Positions 19,601 through 27,456 of a DNA stretch of 30,059 bases are shown here, in pieces. Under the pieces are notes generated by a model, which searched no databases, had not been told where the DNA came from, and was given only the letters and a program-made list of their open reading frames with translations. The DNA comes from an uncultured virus (IMG/VR IMGVR_UViG_3300022555_000029). Taxonomy: Duplodnaviria; Heunggongvirae; Uroviricota; Caudoviricetes. A program made the position numbers and the translations under genes. The stretch's first letter is position 1. Each line of letters opens with the position of its first letter. The stretch lies in IMG/VR virus record IMGVR_UViG_3300022555_000029, one strand, 5' to 3'.

Positions 19601-22318
19601 AAGGTTACTGGTAGGCAAGGTAATATATTCTCAGATGCTAGAGCTGTTAAGTATTACCCTCAATATCCTCCTGTTCAAAATCTTACTTATGTTCAGGCTA
19701 CTACGTATTTCCCTGGATATTCTCCTTATGACACTACTAATCCTGCTAATTCGCTTGTAGGACCTGAGAATGGTAATCAATGGTATAGCGATTCCCCTAA
19801 TAATACTGACCAGAGATTTCATATAGACCTTGGTTCAGCTAAGGTTATTCTTAGGTTATACTATGAGAATGCCCATAACTCAGGTGGAGATACCACTTAC
19901 GGAGTTAGAAATTTTACTATCTGGGGTTCTAATGACCCTAATGCTTTTGCTGATTTAGTTTATAACCACGATACTGGATGGACTCAACTTACAACAGATA
20001 AGACAGAGTTAGATGAGCACGTAGCTTCGGATGTTCCTGACCCCAAGTATATAAAGATATTCAATGATAATGCTTATAGGTACTATGCCTTTAAGTTCGC
20101 TGATAACTGGGGTGCTAGTCTTACTATGGCTGTTAGGAGGTTAGTATTAGAGACTGATTCCCAAATTCAGAATATCTTTTCAGATGCTAAAATTAAAGTT
20201 TTAAATAGACAACAACCTATAGATTCAAATGCTAAGGTAGTAACTAGACATCAAGGTGATATATTTTCTGATACCAGGATAAAGGTACCAGCTACTCGTA
20301 AGTATATACTGTCAGATACCAGGATTAAGCTGTTTAGTAAAGTATTTTATGGATGTGCCAGTCTAATCAAAAATTCTGTTCAGACCTTTTATGGTAGGAC
20401 TACTGTTGTTCAAGTAACGTCTACTGTTCCAACGGGGCTAAAAGCCAGGGATTTAGTCAAGGGTGACTCAATTTTACTTGCTTGGAATGCTGATGCTAAC
20501 TATGGCTACAATGTTTATCAAACTAATCCAGGACCTAGAACAAAAGTAAATACTTATCCGATTATAGGTGTTAATGAATATCAAGTAGGTAATCTAACTA
20601 CTGGGACTGCTTATTCCTTTATTGTAGTAGGTGTAAATGGTATTGGAGATGAAAGTGCTGATAGTAATACTGCAACTGCCACTCCTACATTTCCTAACTA
20701 TTCAGGGTTAGCTAGTAGGTTCCAAAACTATACCTATTCAGTTAAAATAAATAATGTAGTAAGAAAAGACGCTTTTCTTAGCACAGTTGAGCTTGGTTAT
20801 GGAACTTCGCCAGCAGTAGCTAGGTTTATGATTTCAGCTGACCCTGCAACACCAGGATTGCCTGTAAATAACAATGCGGTAGAAGTGATAGTGAATAACC
20901 GTAGTATATTCAAAGGCACAATTAAAAACATAGAAAAGAGTATTAGTTCTAGCGGTATGGCGGTAACATATATTGCTTACAGCAGAGCTTTAAGTTATAT
21001 GCAGGAGAGCGTGTCTTGGGATTATGTATTGCAGTATAGAAAGCTTTATAATCTTGATGTAGCTGACCAGACTTACCTGCAAGCACAAGAAACAATAGCT
21101 AACTTTCTTGGTAATTATCGTATCTATTACAATATGAATACTGATGTAATAGAACAGTATAAACTTGGAACTGGATTTTGGAATAGAACAGTTACCATAG
21201 GTAAGAATGTGATTGATTGGAATATTACCTATGATACTACTAGTCAAGTCAATAAAATTACAGTTAGAGGTGACAGGCAAAAATATACTACTGCCTGGAA
21301 AGATGTAGTTTGGAAGTATAGATATGCCTGGACTTCCTATGACCACGGGCGTTTAGTAGCTTGGCAAGGGTTTTGGTATTTTGAGATAGATGCTTTTAAC
21401 ATAGGTGATGTTCAAGTTGAGGCTTTACAAAGTTTAGGTCCACCTACTTTTGAGTTTGACCCTGAATTATCAGCTGTTCCAGCAGATTTAGGAAAAACAC
21501 ACTGGGATGATGATACTATAGATTCAAAGCAAAAGGTTATTAGTTACCGTAATCCTGTAGAAGAATGGCAAAGTTTAGGAGTCAAAATTGATTATGTTTA
21601 TCAACGTATAGGTAATGAAGATGTTCCAGTTAAAGCAATAGTAACAAAAACTTCATTCCCAAAAGTATTAAGAGCACATATTCAATCGGTTGGGACTGCA
21701 GTAAGACCTGGGAGAATTCCTGCTGAAGATGTACGTTGGTATATGGGTATGATTCAGTTACAAGATTATGAATATGATGCTTCTAATAGAGTCTCATATT
21801 CTTATAGTATAGAAACACCTGCAACTACTCCTGTTGGTATGGGTACACCATCAAGGACTGTAACTGATACTCAGTATAAGCCTTTTAATGATAAACTAAA
21901 TAATGAAGATGATACTGCTTATGTCTATTCCAAAATGGCTGAAAGAGCTCTTGGTGAATTGGAAAAAGTAAATAGACCAGTAGTTAGTGGTAGGATACAG
22001 ATACTTGGAGATGAGACTTTTGACCTTAAAACATTAGTAGATGTAGAGGGACAAAAATTAGATGTAATTAGAGTAGTGCATAATTTTGGTAGTGGGTTTA
22101 CCACAGATATAGAGTTGACTAATGAAAGGTTTAGGGTGAATATACCACCCTACCAAGAGATGCGTAGGTCTATTGCCTACCAAAGACAGATAACTGGTAC
22201 TCAGGTATTGCTTGATGCCTATGCAAGAAAACAACAACAAATGATTGATACAAGATATACAGAGCAACAAAAATCGGGTTATATTCCGCCTAACCCGTAT
22301 TCTGTTTATGGAGACTAA
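16679..22318 (+). CDS. Large tail-tip protein: LamG/ConA-like + discoidin (F5/8C-like) repeats + SDAKI repeats + FN3 + C-terminal tail hub (Tal-like) domain
   Basis: N-terminal KKFGTASIHF...GYLDEV (LamG-like). Four RFHIDLG/NFTxWGxN/RYYAxKxAD repeats. FN3-like PTGLKA...YSFIVVGVNGIGDES. C-terminal VNKITVRG...VIRVVHNFGSGFTTDIEL is hub-like. Confidence 0.75.
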   Translation: MAKKTLKFLCHCDGVNNGSVFIDELGHPAYVVGSPVTKTAIKKFGTASIHFPGGSYINFGNYDSFNLGANSFKLTFWLYIVGSSSGQSIISRRPSGVARGWCVYVGDANKLWLAGNFGGGWYNPFLASANAFTPDTLHYVEIGRQGDNWVMSIDGHIEATATLAGVADDDPSGFTLGSSSQSGEGTLNDGYLDEVSLEVGDFPHFEDFTPPDRPFVLDAYASQYPLMQTGDYVKATTTYAHPAFEPYFITDPLKSLVGSADASVTWYAAGGTVTNQRFHIDLGTAKIIKRIHYENFHHFGGNLDSGIQNFTLWGSNDASAFSDLTYGDDTNWTQIPTNRPAFEQHVAFDIPDPKYITAQNNVAYRYYAFKFADTWGNATLMGFRRLVLQSLAPDYEPLYPPVIDASSVIAASTYSAYYPYTAVDPATSLIGGWAGWISDLATNTNQRFHIDLGSAQIAKRIYYENAHQYAIDSNVGVKNFTVWGSNNAGAFAELTYGIDTNWTQIPTDVSEFAEHVAADVPDPHYVLLTNAVAYRYYAIKIADNWGAAYMGIRHIEIQTIENPSLSQYPPAQTGTYVKATNSAYAYGGNPEYATDPTKPLTGSQVGNGWSAYPDSVNMRFHIDLGEAKIIDRFYYENMHISGTTLEGAKNFTLWGTNNPNRFNDLVYDNDRPNVFVGGTPYDDDTHYDPTFQPPKAVDGNTGTRWSNGGSGPRPHWWAYDLGVGNEKTVTEVRIWGNPGDIATWQIQGSNDNFSTFDILYDSTEYIPAGMWTNYKFPNTTAYRYYRFYVNEPPVSNYCSIYEIQAFEDGWVQLTTNETAFNQHVPYDVEDPNFILVEVPEPFRYYALKIADCYPNYISFRRIELQSSSSIPFVTIQEDILSDAKIKYFNVQQDILSDTTIVNDRVQEDILSDAKIKKLNVQQDINSDTKIKVLGVQQPILSDATVVIQHQVDIFSDAKIKKLGVQQLIFSNTKIKVTGRQGNIFSDARAVKYYPQYPPVQNLTYVQATTYFPGYSPYDTTNPANSLVGPENGNQWYSDSPNNTDQRFHIDLGSAKVILRLYYENAHNSGGDTTYGVRNFTIWGSNDPNAFADLVYNHDTGWTQLTTDKTELDEHVASDVPDPKYIKIFNDNAYRYYAFKFADNWGASLTMAVRRLVLETDSQIQNIFSDAKIKVLNRQQPIDSNAKVVTRHQGDIFSDTRIKVPATRKYILSDTRIKLFSKVFYGCASLIKNSVQTFYGRTTVVQVTSTVPTGLKARDLVKGDSILLAWNADANYGYNVYQTNPGPRTKVNTYPIIGVNEYQVGNLTTGTAYSFIVVGVNGIGDESADSNTATATPTFPNYSGLASRFQNYTYSVKINNVVRKDAFLSTVELGYGTSPAVARFMISADPATPGLPVNNNAVEVIVNNRSIFKGTIKNIEKSISSSGMAVTYIAYSRALSYMQESVSWDYVLQYRKLYNLDVADQTYLQAQETIANFLGNYRIYYNMNTDVIEQYKLGTGFWNRTVTIGKNVIDWNITYDTTSQVNKITVRGDRQKYTTAWKDVVWKYRYAWTSYDHGRLVAWQGFWYFEIDAFNIGDVQVEALQSLGPPTFEFDPELSAVPADLGKTHWDDDTIDSKQKVISYRNPVEEWQSLGVKIDYVYQRIGNEDVPVKAIVTKTSFPKVLRAHIQSVGTAVRPGRIPAEDVRWYMGMIQLQDYEYDASNRVSYSYSIETPATTPVGMGTPSRTVTDTQYKPFNDKLNNEDDTAYVYSKMAERALGELEKVNRPVVSGRIQILGDETFDLKTLVDVEGQKLDVIRVVHNFGSGFTTDIELTNERFRVNIPPYQEMRRSIAYQRQITGTQVLLDAYARKQQQMIDTRYTEQQKSGYIPPNPYSVYGD
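17342..20152 (+). repeat. Four discoidin-like repeats of about 165 aa (about 17342-17845, 17873-18352, 18374-19273 with an insert, 19658-20152)
   Basis: The motifs YP, RFHIDLG, YEN-x-H, WTQ/WVQ, HVxxDxxDP and RYYA recur in each copy. Confidence 0.9.
19301..20338 (+). repeat. Twelve 14-15-aa repeats of type QxDIxSDAKIK: 8 at 19301-19651 and 4 at 20162-20338
   Basis: Counted in the translation. Confidence 0.9.
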
Positions 22319-24127
22319 ATGGCAAAATGTCCCGTATGTTATACAGTCCTTAACGCAGGTACATCAGGGTGGACAGATGACCCTATCAAAACTCCACGTC
22401 ATAGAATTAGTAATCTTCGGGGAACAACTTCTATAAGAGCAAAACATATTTTAGAACTACAGCAAAAGGTTAATGGATATGAGGCTGAGTTTTCTACTTA
22501 TCCTGGATTCAAAGGGATAACCAATTGGACTCAAATACAAGCTAGAAAATATTCTATAAGACCACAATATATCAATCAATTAAGGCAGGCAATTGAAGGG
22601 TTTTTAGGGTATGTAGGTTATAGTTTATCTGATTACCTGAGTCAGGATTTGAATGGTGAACCTACAAGGGGTATATCTGGATGGACTGATGGAAATAGGT
22701 TATCAAGCAAAATAAACTCAAGAGCCATACACATTGAAGAAGTAAGACTGCCTTTCAATATCCCTGATTTGATTGTTACAGATATTACTATAACTAATCA
22801 AGGAGTTGTAGGTGGTCGTGGTGTTTATGATATTGCTTATACAGTAAAAAATGATGGATATAGGAAAGCACCTATTAATATGGGTAGGTTAGAGCTTGTT
22901 GGAAGTAGCTTTTTTGATTCTGAAATTAGAGCACTAGGACCTGTTGGCAATACTTTAGTTCCTTCATTACCTTCAGAAGTAGTTATTCATACTACTTGGC
23001 ATTATGACCCACTTGGAACACCAGTAGCTTTTCAAATGAAGGCTACTGCTGATATCAACAGTATAGTCAAGGAAATAAAAGAGTCTAACAATAGTTTGAC
23101 TAAAGATTTCTTTGATAGATTACCAATAGGTACTCCAGATTTAATTGTAACTGATATTGTTGTTAATGATTTGGGTATTATTGAAGGTAACGGAACTTAT
23201 GATATTACTTATACAGTAAAAAATATTGGTGGACCTTCCATAGCTTGTAATGGTTTACTTAGAATGGCTATTCAACCAGCCTATATCATCGTGCACGCTC
23301 AAAATCCAGAAGGGAAGGAAATTGAGGCGTGTAGTGGCGGTAGTAATAAAACAGCTGCTTATGAAAATGGTATCTATAAAGGAGTAGCTGATGGTACCAC
23401 TATCTATACCATAGAAGCAGGCACTCGTTCTATTAGAGTTACTTTTAATGGTATGGAGCAGACTAAAGAAATTACTATTGGTGCAGAAGAAACTCAAGCA
23501 GTTATTTTCACTTTTGCACGAGAATCAATTTACAAGGAGGAATTATTTAATTTCTCAGATTCATTTAGTTGGTCAGCTGGTGGGCTTCTGGGTAGACGCA
23601 ATGTTCCTGCTGATAATCCTTATTGGCTTATAGAAGGTTTTGTTGATGGTGGTGACCATTTCCCATATAGCGTTAGCTTTAATCAAAATAGAACTTTTAC
23701 TGTTTCTTCTTATAGTGGAAGTGGGTCGTGTACATATACTTCTTCTGACCCAGCATTTCCTGGTTCGTATGTATGGTTTGGTCGTCAAAGTTCTTTTAGA
23801 GCAAAATCAATTCCAGCTAAAACAACCTTTACTGAATGGTATTGTCAACACGTTGGTAATGGAACTGGGAAAATGGGTTGTAGACTTTGTGGTTCTACTT
23901 ATATGACTACTGGTGATAGTCAGGATATACTTGAACCACTCACAAATACTGATTGGGGAGTTAACTTTGCTGCTAACAAGGCATGGATAGGTTTGGTAAT
24001 TTTTATGCCTTCAGGTGGGATAATGTTTTTTGGTCCAGGTTCTACTATTACTGGAAGTTGGAGTGGTGTAATAGATGCAACTAGATTCAGAATGAGTAAT
24101 GTTCCTTACGCAACAGAGGATGTATAG
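22319..24127 (+). CDS. Tail fibre/receptor-binding protein A: CxxC, three WT...HIxEL-type repeats, CARDB, half-CARDB, PEGA-like domain, tip domain
   Basis: PDLIVTDI...YTVKN occurs twice, but ADxxxxxxExxESNN only once. HAQNPEGKEI...FNG module. Confidence 0.7.
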   Translation: MAKCPVCYTVLNAGTSGWTDDPIKTPRHRISNLRGTTSIRAKHILELQQKVNGYEAEFSTYPGFKGITNWTQIQARKYSIRPQYINQLRQAIEGFLGYVGYSLSDYLSQDLNGEPTRGISGWTDGNRLSSKINSRAIHIEEVRLPFNIPDLIVTDITITNQGVVGGRGVYDIAYTVKNDGYRKAPINMGRLELVGSSFFDSEIRALGPVGNTLVPSLPSEVVIHTTWHYDPLGTPVAFQMKATADINSIVKEIKESNNSLTKDFFDRLPIGTPDLIVTDIVVNDLGIIEGNGTYDITYTVKNIGGPSIACNGLLRMAIQPAYIIVHAQNPEGKEIEACSGGSNKTAAYENGIYKGVADGTTIYTIEAGTRSIRVTFNGMEQTKEITIGAEETQAVIFTFARESIYKEELFNFSDSFSWSAGGLLGRRNVPADNPYWLIEGFVDGGDHFPYSVSFNQNRTFTVSSYSGSGSCTYTSSDPAFPGSYVWFGRQSSFRAKSIPAKTTFTEWYCQHVGNGTGKMGCRLCGSTYMTTGDSQDILEPLTNTDWGVNFAANKAWIGLVIFMPSGGIMFFGPGSTITGSWSGVIDATRFRMSNVPYATEDV

Positions 24128-24144
24128 TATTAAAGGAGTATTAA

Positions 24145-25275
24145 ATGGAAGAAAAAATTTCTTCAATACCGCCTCTTAATTATAATGAAGAAGTAGTTAT
24201 TCATACAACTTGGTATTATGACCCCAGTAGCAAACCTGTAGTTTTTGATTTAGAGGCTATAGCAGATTATGGGAATATGATATTAGAATTAAATGAAAGC
24301 AATAATAATCTGATTAAAAGGTTTACTCTTAAAGAACCAAGGTTAACTCCTTATACTTCACATATTATTATTCACGCCCATAACCCTGAAGGAAAAGAGA
24401 TTGGTGGTATTGCTGGATTTGAAAACTTAGTTTTGGTATATGCTAATAGTATTTTAGTAGGACACGCTGATGGAACTTCAGCTATTATCGTAACTCCTGG
24501 GCATTATTTAATTGAAGCTAAGTTTAATGGTATGACTAAATCTCAGGAAGTAGATTTGGTTGGAACTGATACTGAAATAGTTTTAACATTCACGTTTCCA
24601 AGAGTAGAAGTAAAATTCGATGATGTAATTAACAGCATAGGAAATCAATCTAGTTCAGGTTCGTGTTCTGTAAGTGATTCTGCTCCGCCAACACCTTATA
24701 TTGATAAGTGGGCATATGCCTATTTGGGGTTAGGAACATCTCTTGCTCTCCATATATGGGGTGGTGCACCACCAATAGAAGTCCCCCCACGCCCACCACA
24801 TACTGTAAGTGCTTCAGCTTCAGGAATTGTAGAAATGACTATTTCTAGTTCAGGAATAACATCAAAAGTTACTGGTTCTGGAACTTGTGCTGATTCTAAT
24901 TCACCACCTAATCCAGACCCAGCTTATACTATCGGTATAAATGGGGATGTAGACCATTGGAATGGTAGTTATCCTGTTTATAATGGTACTACTGCAGCAT
25001 TCTATAATCCAGACATTCTAACTTGGTATGTTCAAAAACCAGCAGGAGCACCGACTCCTCCAGTACGAAGAAGTGTTCTTAAAATAGATGGTTCTGAAGT
25101 ACCTGGAAATCCCAACCCGTCACTTGCTACATTGCCAATACAAGCATATTCTGACGCTCCTTGTTATTGGATTACTTGGTATGGAAGAATTATTTATAAA
25201 GATTCCGTAGGAACTCTTTTTTATTATACTGGATATAAATGCTCTTCTGTTCCCTATGCACCAGAGGATATGTAA
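24145..25275 (+). CDS. Receptor-binding-like protein B: C-terminal half of CARDB, PEGA-like domain, a different tip domain
   Basis: Own RBS AAGGAG. Shares EVVIHTTWxYDP, ESNN, HAxNPEGKEI, FNGM, FTF and a terminal VPYAxED with 22319..24127. Confidence 0.7.
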   Translation: MEEKISSIPPLNYNEEVVIHTTWYYDPSSKPVVFDLEAIADYGNMILELNESNNNLIKRFTLKEPRLTPYTSHIIIHAHNPEGKEIGGIAGFENLVLVYANSILVGHADGTSAIIVTPGHYLIEAKFNGMTKSQEVDLVGTDTEIVLTFTFPRVEVKFDDVINSIGNQSSSGSCSVSDSAPPTPYIDKWAYAYLGLGTSLALHIWGGAPPIEVPPRPPHTVSASASGIVEMTISSSGITSKVTGSGTCADSNSPPNPDPAYTIGINGDVDHWNGSYPVYNGTTAAFYNPDILTWYVQKPAGAPTPPVRRSVLKIDGSEVPGNPNPSLATLPIQAYSDAPCYWITWYGRIIYKDSVGTLFYYTGYKCSSVPYAPEDM

Positions 25276-25460
25276 TGAAAGAATATACTAACATAGCACA
25301 CGACAATCCAAAATCAGGTGAAAGATGTGATAGGAACCTTGATAAAGAACCTTGGGGCGATGGCTTTATGAGTATGACCTGTCTTAAATGCGGATTTGCT
25401 CAGATAATAACTATAAAAACTTTTGAAGAATGGCAGTATTGTGATATGGTAATAAAATAA
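25275..25460 (+). CDS. Small Cys-containing protein, possible Zn ribbon (61 aa; start revised from 25239)
   Basis: TAATG coupling at 25273-25277 with an upstream GAGGA. Contains CLKC plus H and C residues. Confidence 0.6.
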   Translation: MKEYTNIAHDNPKSGERCDRNLDKEPWGDGFMSMTCLKCGFAQIITIKTFEEWQYCDMVIK

Positions 25461-25463
25461 ATT

Positions 25464-25484
25464 TGTTTGGCAGACAAACAATGC
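25464..25484. repeat. Left arm of a 21-nt inverted repeat flanking the secreted-protein gene
   Basis: TGTTTGGCAGACAAACAATGC is complementary to 26160-26180. Confidence 0.85.
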
Positions 25485-25507
25485 TACAAAATAAGGAGAC
25501 ACTTAAG

Positions 25508-26152
25508 ATGAAGAATAAAGTTTTAGTGTTGGCGTTAGTAATGGTATTAGTTTTAAGTGGGAGTGCTTTTGCATTATTGGATACTATCAATAACCGCAAT
25601 AACAGTCCTGAGGCTACTGCTAATGCATCAGCGTTACAAGGGCAGAATCAAAATCAGGGTCAAGCTCAAGGACAATTACAGGGACAATTGCAAGGTCAAG
25701 GGCAGTTGCAAACAGCAACAGCAATACAGGGACAGTTAGGGATAGTTGGGCAAGCGAACAAGCAGAGTGTTAATGTTGGTGGTGATAAAATCTATTCTGC
25801 TTCTTATCCAGCAGTAGGTGCAACAGAGGGAGTTTCTTCTGGAACGGCATCGTCTCTTTTTGGAAGTTTAGGTTTAGCTAATACTGAACAGTACAAAAAG
25901 TTAATGCCTCAGATTCAAGTTATCTCTACCTTAACTAAAGAGGGATTTCTTACCCAAGAGGAAGGACAAGAGAAGATTGATAATCTGGTCAGAAGGATGA
26001 TTAGGTCAAACAAGACACAGAGATTCTTAGGTATCTTTTGGGAGACTGATACTAAAAGCATAATGAACTTGCTTGGACTTCTGTCTTGGGATTCAATTTG
26101 GGATGAGGGACAAAATCCATTCCAAAGTAAAGGCGATATGATAGCAAAATAA
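25508..26152 (+). CDS. Secreted protein with a signal peptide and Gln-Gly repeats (start revised from 25463)
   Basis: RBS AAGGAG before the ATG at 25508. MKNKVLVLALVMVLVLSGSAFA is an SPI-type signal. Contains QGQNQNQGQAQGQLQGQLQGQGQLQ. Confidence 0.8.
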   Translation: MKNKVLVLALVMVLVLSGSAFALLDTINNRNNSPEATANASALQGQNQNQGQAQGQLQGQLQGQGQLQTATAIQGQLGIVGQANKQSVNVGGDKIYSASYPAVGATEGVSSGTASSLFGSLGLANTEQYKKLMPQIQVISTLTKEGFLTQEEGQEKIDNLVRRMIRSNKTQRFLGIFWETDTKSIMNLLGLLSWDSIWDEGQNPFQSKGDMIAK

Positions 26153-26159
26153 CAACTTT

Positions 26160-26180
26160 GCATTGTTTGTCTGCTAAATG
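26160..26180. repeat. Right arm of the 21-nt inverted repeat
   Basis: GCATTGTTTGTCTGCTAAATG. Confidence 0.85.
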
Positions 26181-26192
26181 TGAGGTATAATT

Positions 26193-26534
26193 ATGAACGA
26201 ATACTTTTGTTCTAAATGTTTTTTATCAATTTACTCTGCTGTTGATAGAAAAACTCTTTGTATAGTCTGTGGCGGAAATACTATTAAAAACCCAGAAAAG
26301 GGGGTGAAGCAACATCTAATGCAATTTCGTGAAGTAACAAATGTTAACCAACCAAAGGAGGCAGTAATGAACATTAAGTTAATAATCAAAATAGTAGTGC
26401 TTATCATAGCAGCTATAGTAGTATACCTTAACAAAGGTATTATTGCATCAGCTGTTCTTGGTGGAGCACTAGCTGTTGTTTATTTTAGCTTGACGGGAAG
26501 TACATTGAACTGGAAAATCCCGAAAAAGAAATAA
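26193..26534 (+). CDS. Zn-ribbon + two-TM membrane protein; an internal in-frame start at 26367 gives a 55-aa holin-like protein
   Basis: CSKC...CIVC N-terminus. AAGGAGG precedes ATG 26367. Two hydrophobic helices and a basic KIPKKK tail. Confidence 0.55.
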   Translation: MNEYFCSKCFLSIYSAVDRKTLCIVCGGNTIKNPEKGVKQHLMQFREVTNVNQPKEAVMNIKLIIKIVVLIIAAIVVYLNKGIIASAVLGGALAVVYFSLTGSTLNWKIPKKK

Positions 26535-26545
26535 GGAGAGTGCAG

Positions 26546-27163
26546 ATGAAGAATAAAGGTGTTGTAGAAGTAATAGTAATCCTGTACATTGTAGCAGCTT
26601 TTATTGGTGGTGTTCTACTTTGGAAGCCAGCTACTACCCTTTTAGGTATCAGTAATACTCCTAGAAAGATAGATAAAACTGTCACCACGAAGGAGACAAA
26701 GAGACCAGTGCTCTATTTTACTGATGAAAAGGGTAACCAATATACTGCTTATGCTACTACTAAAGAGCAAACTATTATGAACATCAGTGAAGAACCAAAA
26801 TTGACTCTTTGGCAGAAGATTAAGAACCTAGGTCTATGGGGAATAATCTTAGTAGTATTAGGTTGTTTGTTTCCACCAGTAGGGGCAGTGCTAATGTTCA
26901 TCTGGAATAGAGTTACTGGAGCTTTACATACGCAGGTAGACATAGTTACACAAAAGCAAGCAGAACTATCAGTAGAATCAAAAAAGATAGTTCTAAGTGT
27001 AGATGAAGGCTTGGCTGTACTTGATGCTGCGATTGAAGCTGCAAAAAACAATCCAGAAACATATAAGTTGATGGTAAATCTAAAAAGTGATTTTCTATCA
27101 GCTTTATCCAGAAGACAGGATGCTACAACAAAGTTACTAGTTGCACAACTTAAAAACGATTAA
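26546..27163 (+). CDS. Membrane protein with two hydrophobic segments and a helical C-terminus (possible lysis accessory)
   Basis: AAGGAG spacing favours ATG 26546 over GTG 26540. It is the last gene before the terminator. Confidence 0.65.
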   Translation: MKNKGVVEVIVILYIVAAFIGGVLLWKPATTLLGISNTPRKIDKTVTTKETKRPVLYFTDEKGNQYTAYATTKEQTIMNISEEPKLTLWQKIKNLGLWGIILVVLGCLFPPVGAVLMFIWNRVTGALHTQVDIVTQKQAELSVESKKIVLSVDEGLAVLDAAIEAAKNNPETYKLMVNLKSDFLSALSRRQDATTKLLVAQLKND

Positions 27164-27165
27164 GT

Positions 27166-27218
27166 AAAAACAGGGCGCCTAGGACAAGTAAATAATTCCT
27201 AGGCGTTTCTGTGTTTTC
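27166..27218 (+). terminator. Intrinsic terminator ending the late operon, possibly bidirectional
   Basis: ACAGGGCGCCTAGGA / TCCTAGGCGTTTCTGT stem, with an A-tract before and GTTTT after. Confidence 0.8.
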
Positions 27219-27242
27219 TAGTATCAAGCCATAAATTCGATG

Positions 27243-27304
27243 AATTCTTCTATGTAGGACTGCGTAGGACCGATTATCTTTATCTGCCTGATGTAAATGT
27301 ACTA
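27243..27304 (-). repeat. Copy 1 of a ~62-bp non-coding element, inverted relative to 29440-29502
   Basis: The reverse complement aligns to 29440-29502 at 48/63 columns by hand. Confidence 0.8.
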
Positions 27305-27335
27305 TTGACTTTTGTAATTAATCTATTTAAGAATA

Positions 27336-27360
27336 AAATTATAAAAAGTTTTTATAATTT
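27336..27360. repeat. 12-1-12 palindrome AAATTATAAAAA-G-TTTTTATAATTT with perfect arms
   Basis: Read directly from the sequence. Confidence 0.8.
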
Positions 27361-27456
27361 AAAAATAAAAAATGAACTATTTTTACTTTTTCTTTTTTTG
27401 TAACATGGTCGGAGAAATAAAGTTAAAAAAATTATTTTTTTCCTATAAAAATAGTT

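Noticed and set aside
24125..24147. Stop readthrough fusing tip genes A and B
   Set aside because: The TAG is followed by TAT TAA, and gene B is in another frame with its own RBS.
22319..25275. Diversity-generating retroelement or invertase shufflon at the tip genes
   Set aside because: There is no reverse transcriptase or recombinase, no near-identical TR/VR pair with adenine-specific mismatches, and both genes have the same orientation.
26163..26191. Promoter TTGTTT-17-TATAAT
   Set aside because: Plausible but ambiguous: it overlaps the inverted-repeat arm and the RBS of 26193, whose ATG would lie upstream of the expected transcription start.
26546..26630. Type IV pilin-like (class III) signal peptide MKNKG/VVEVIVIL
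   Set aside because: Glu is at +3 rather than +5 and there is no Phe at +1, so a simple membrane anchor explains it.
27305..27335. Promoter from TTGACT at 27305
   Set aside because: There is no convincing -10 box at 16-18 nt spacing.
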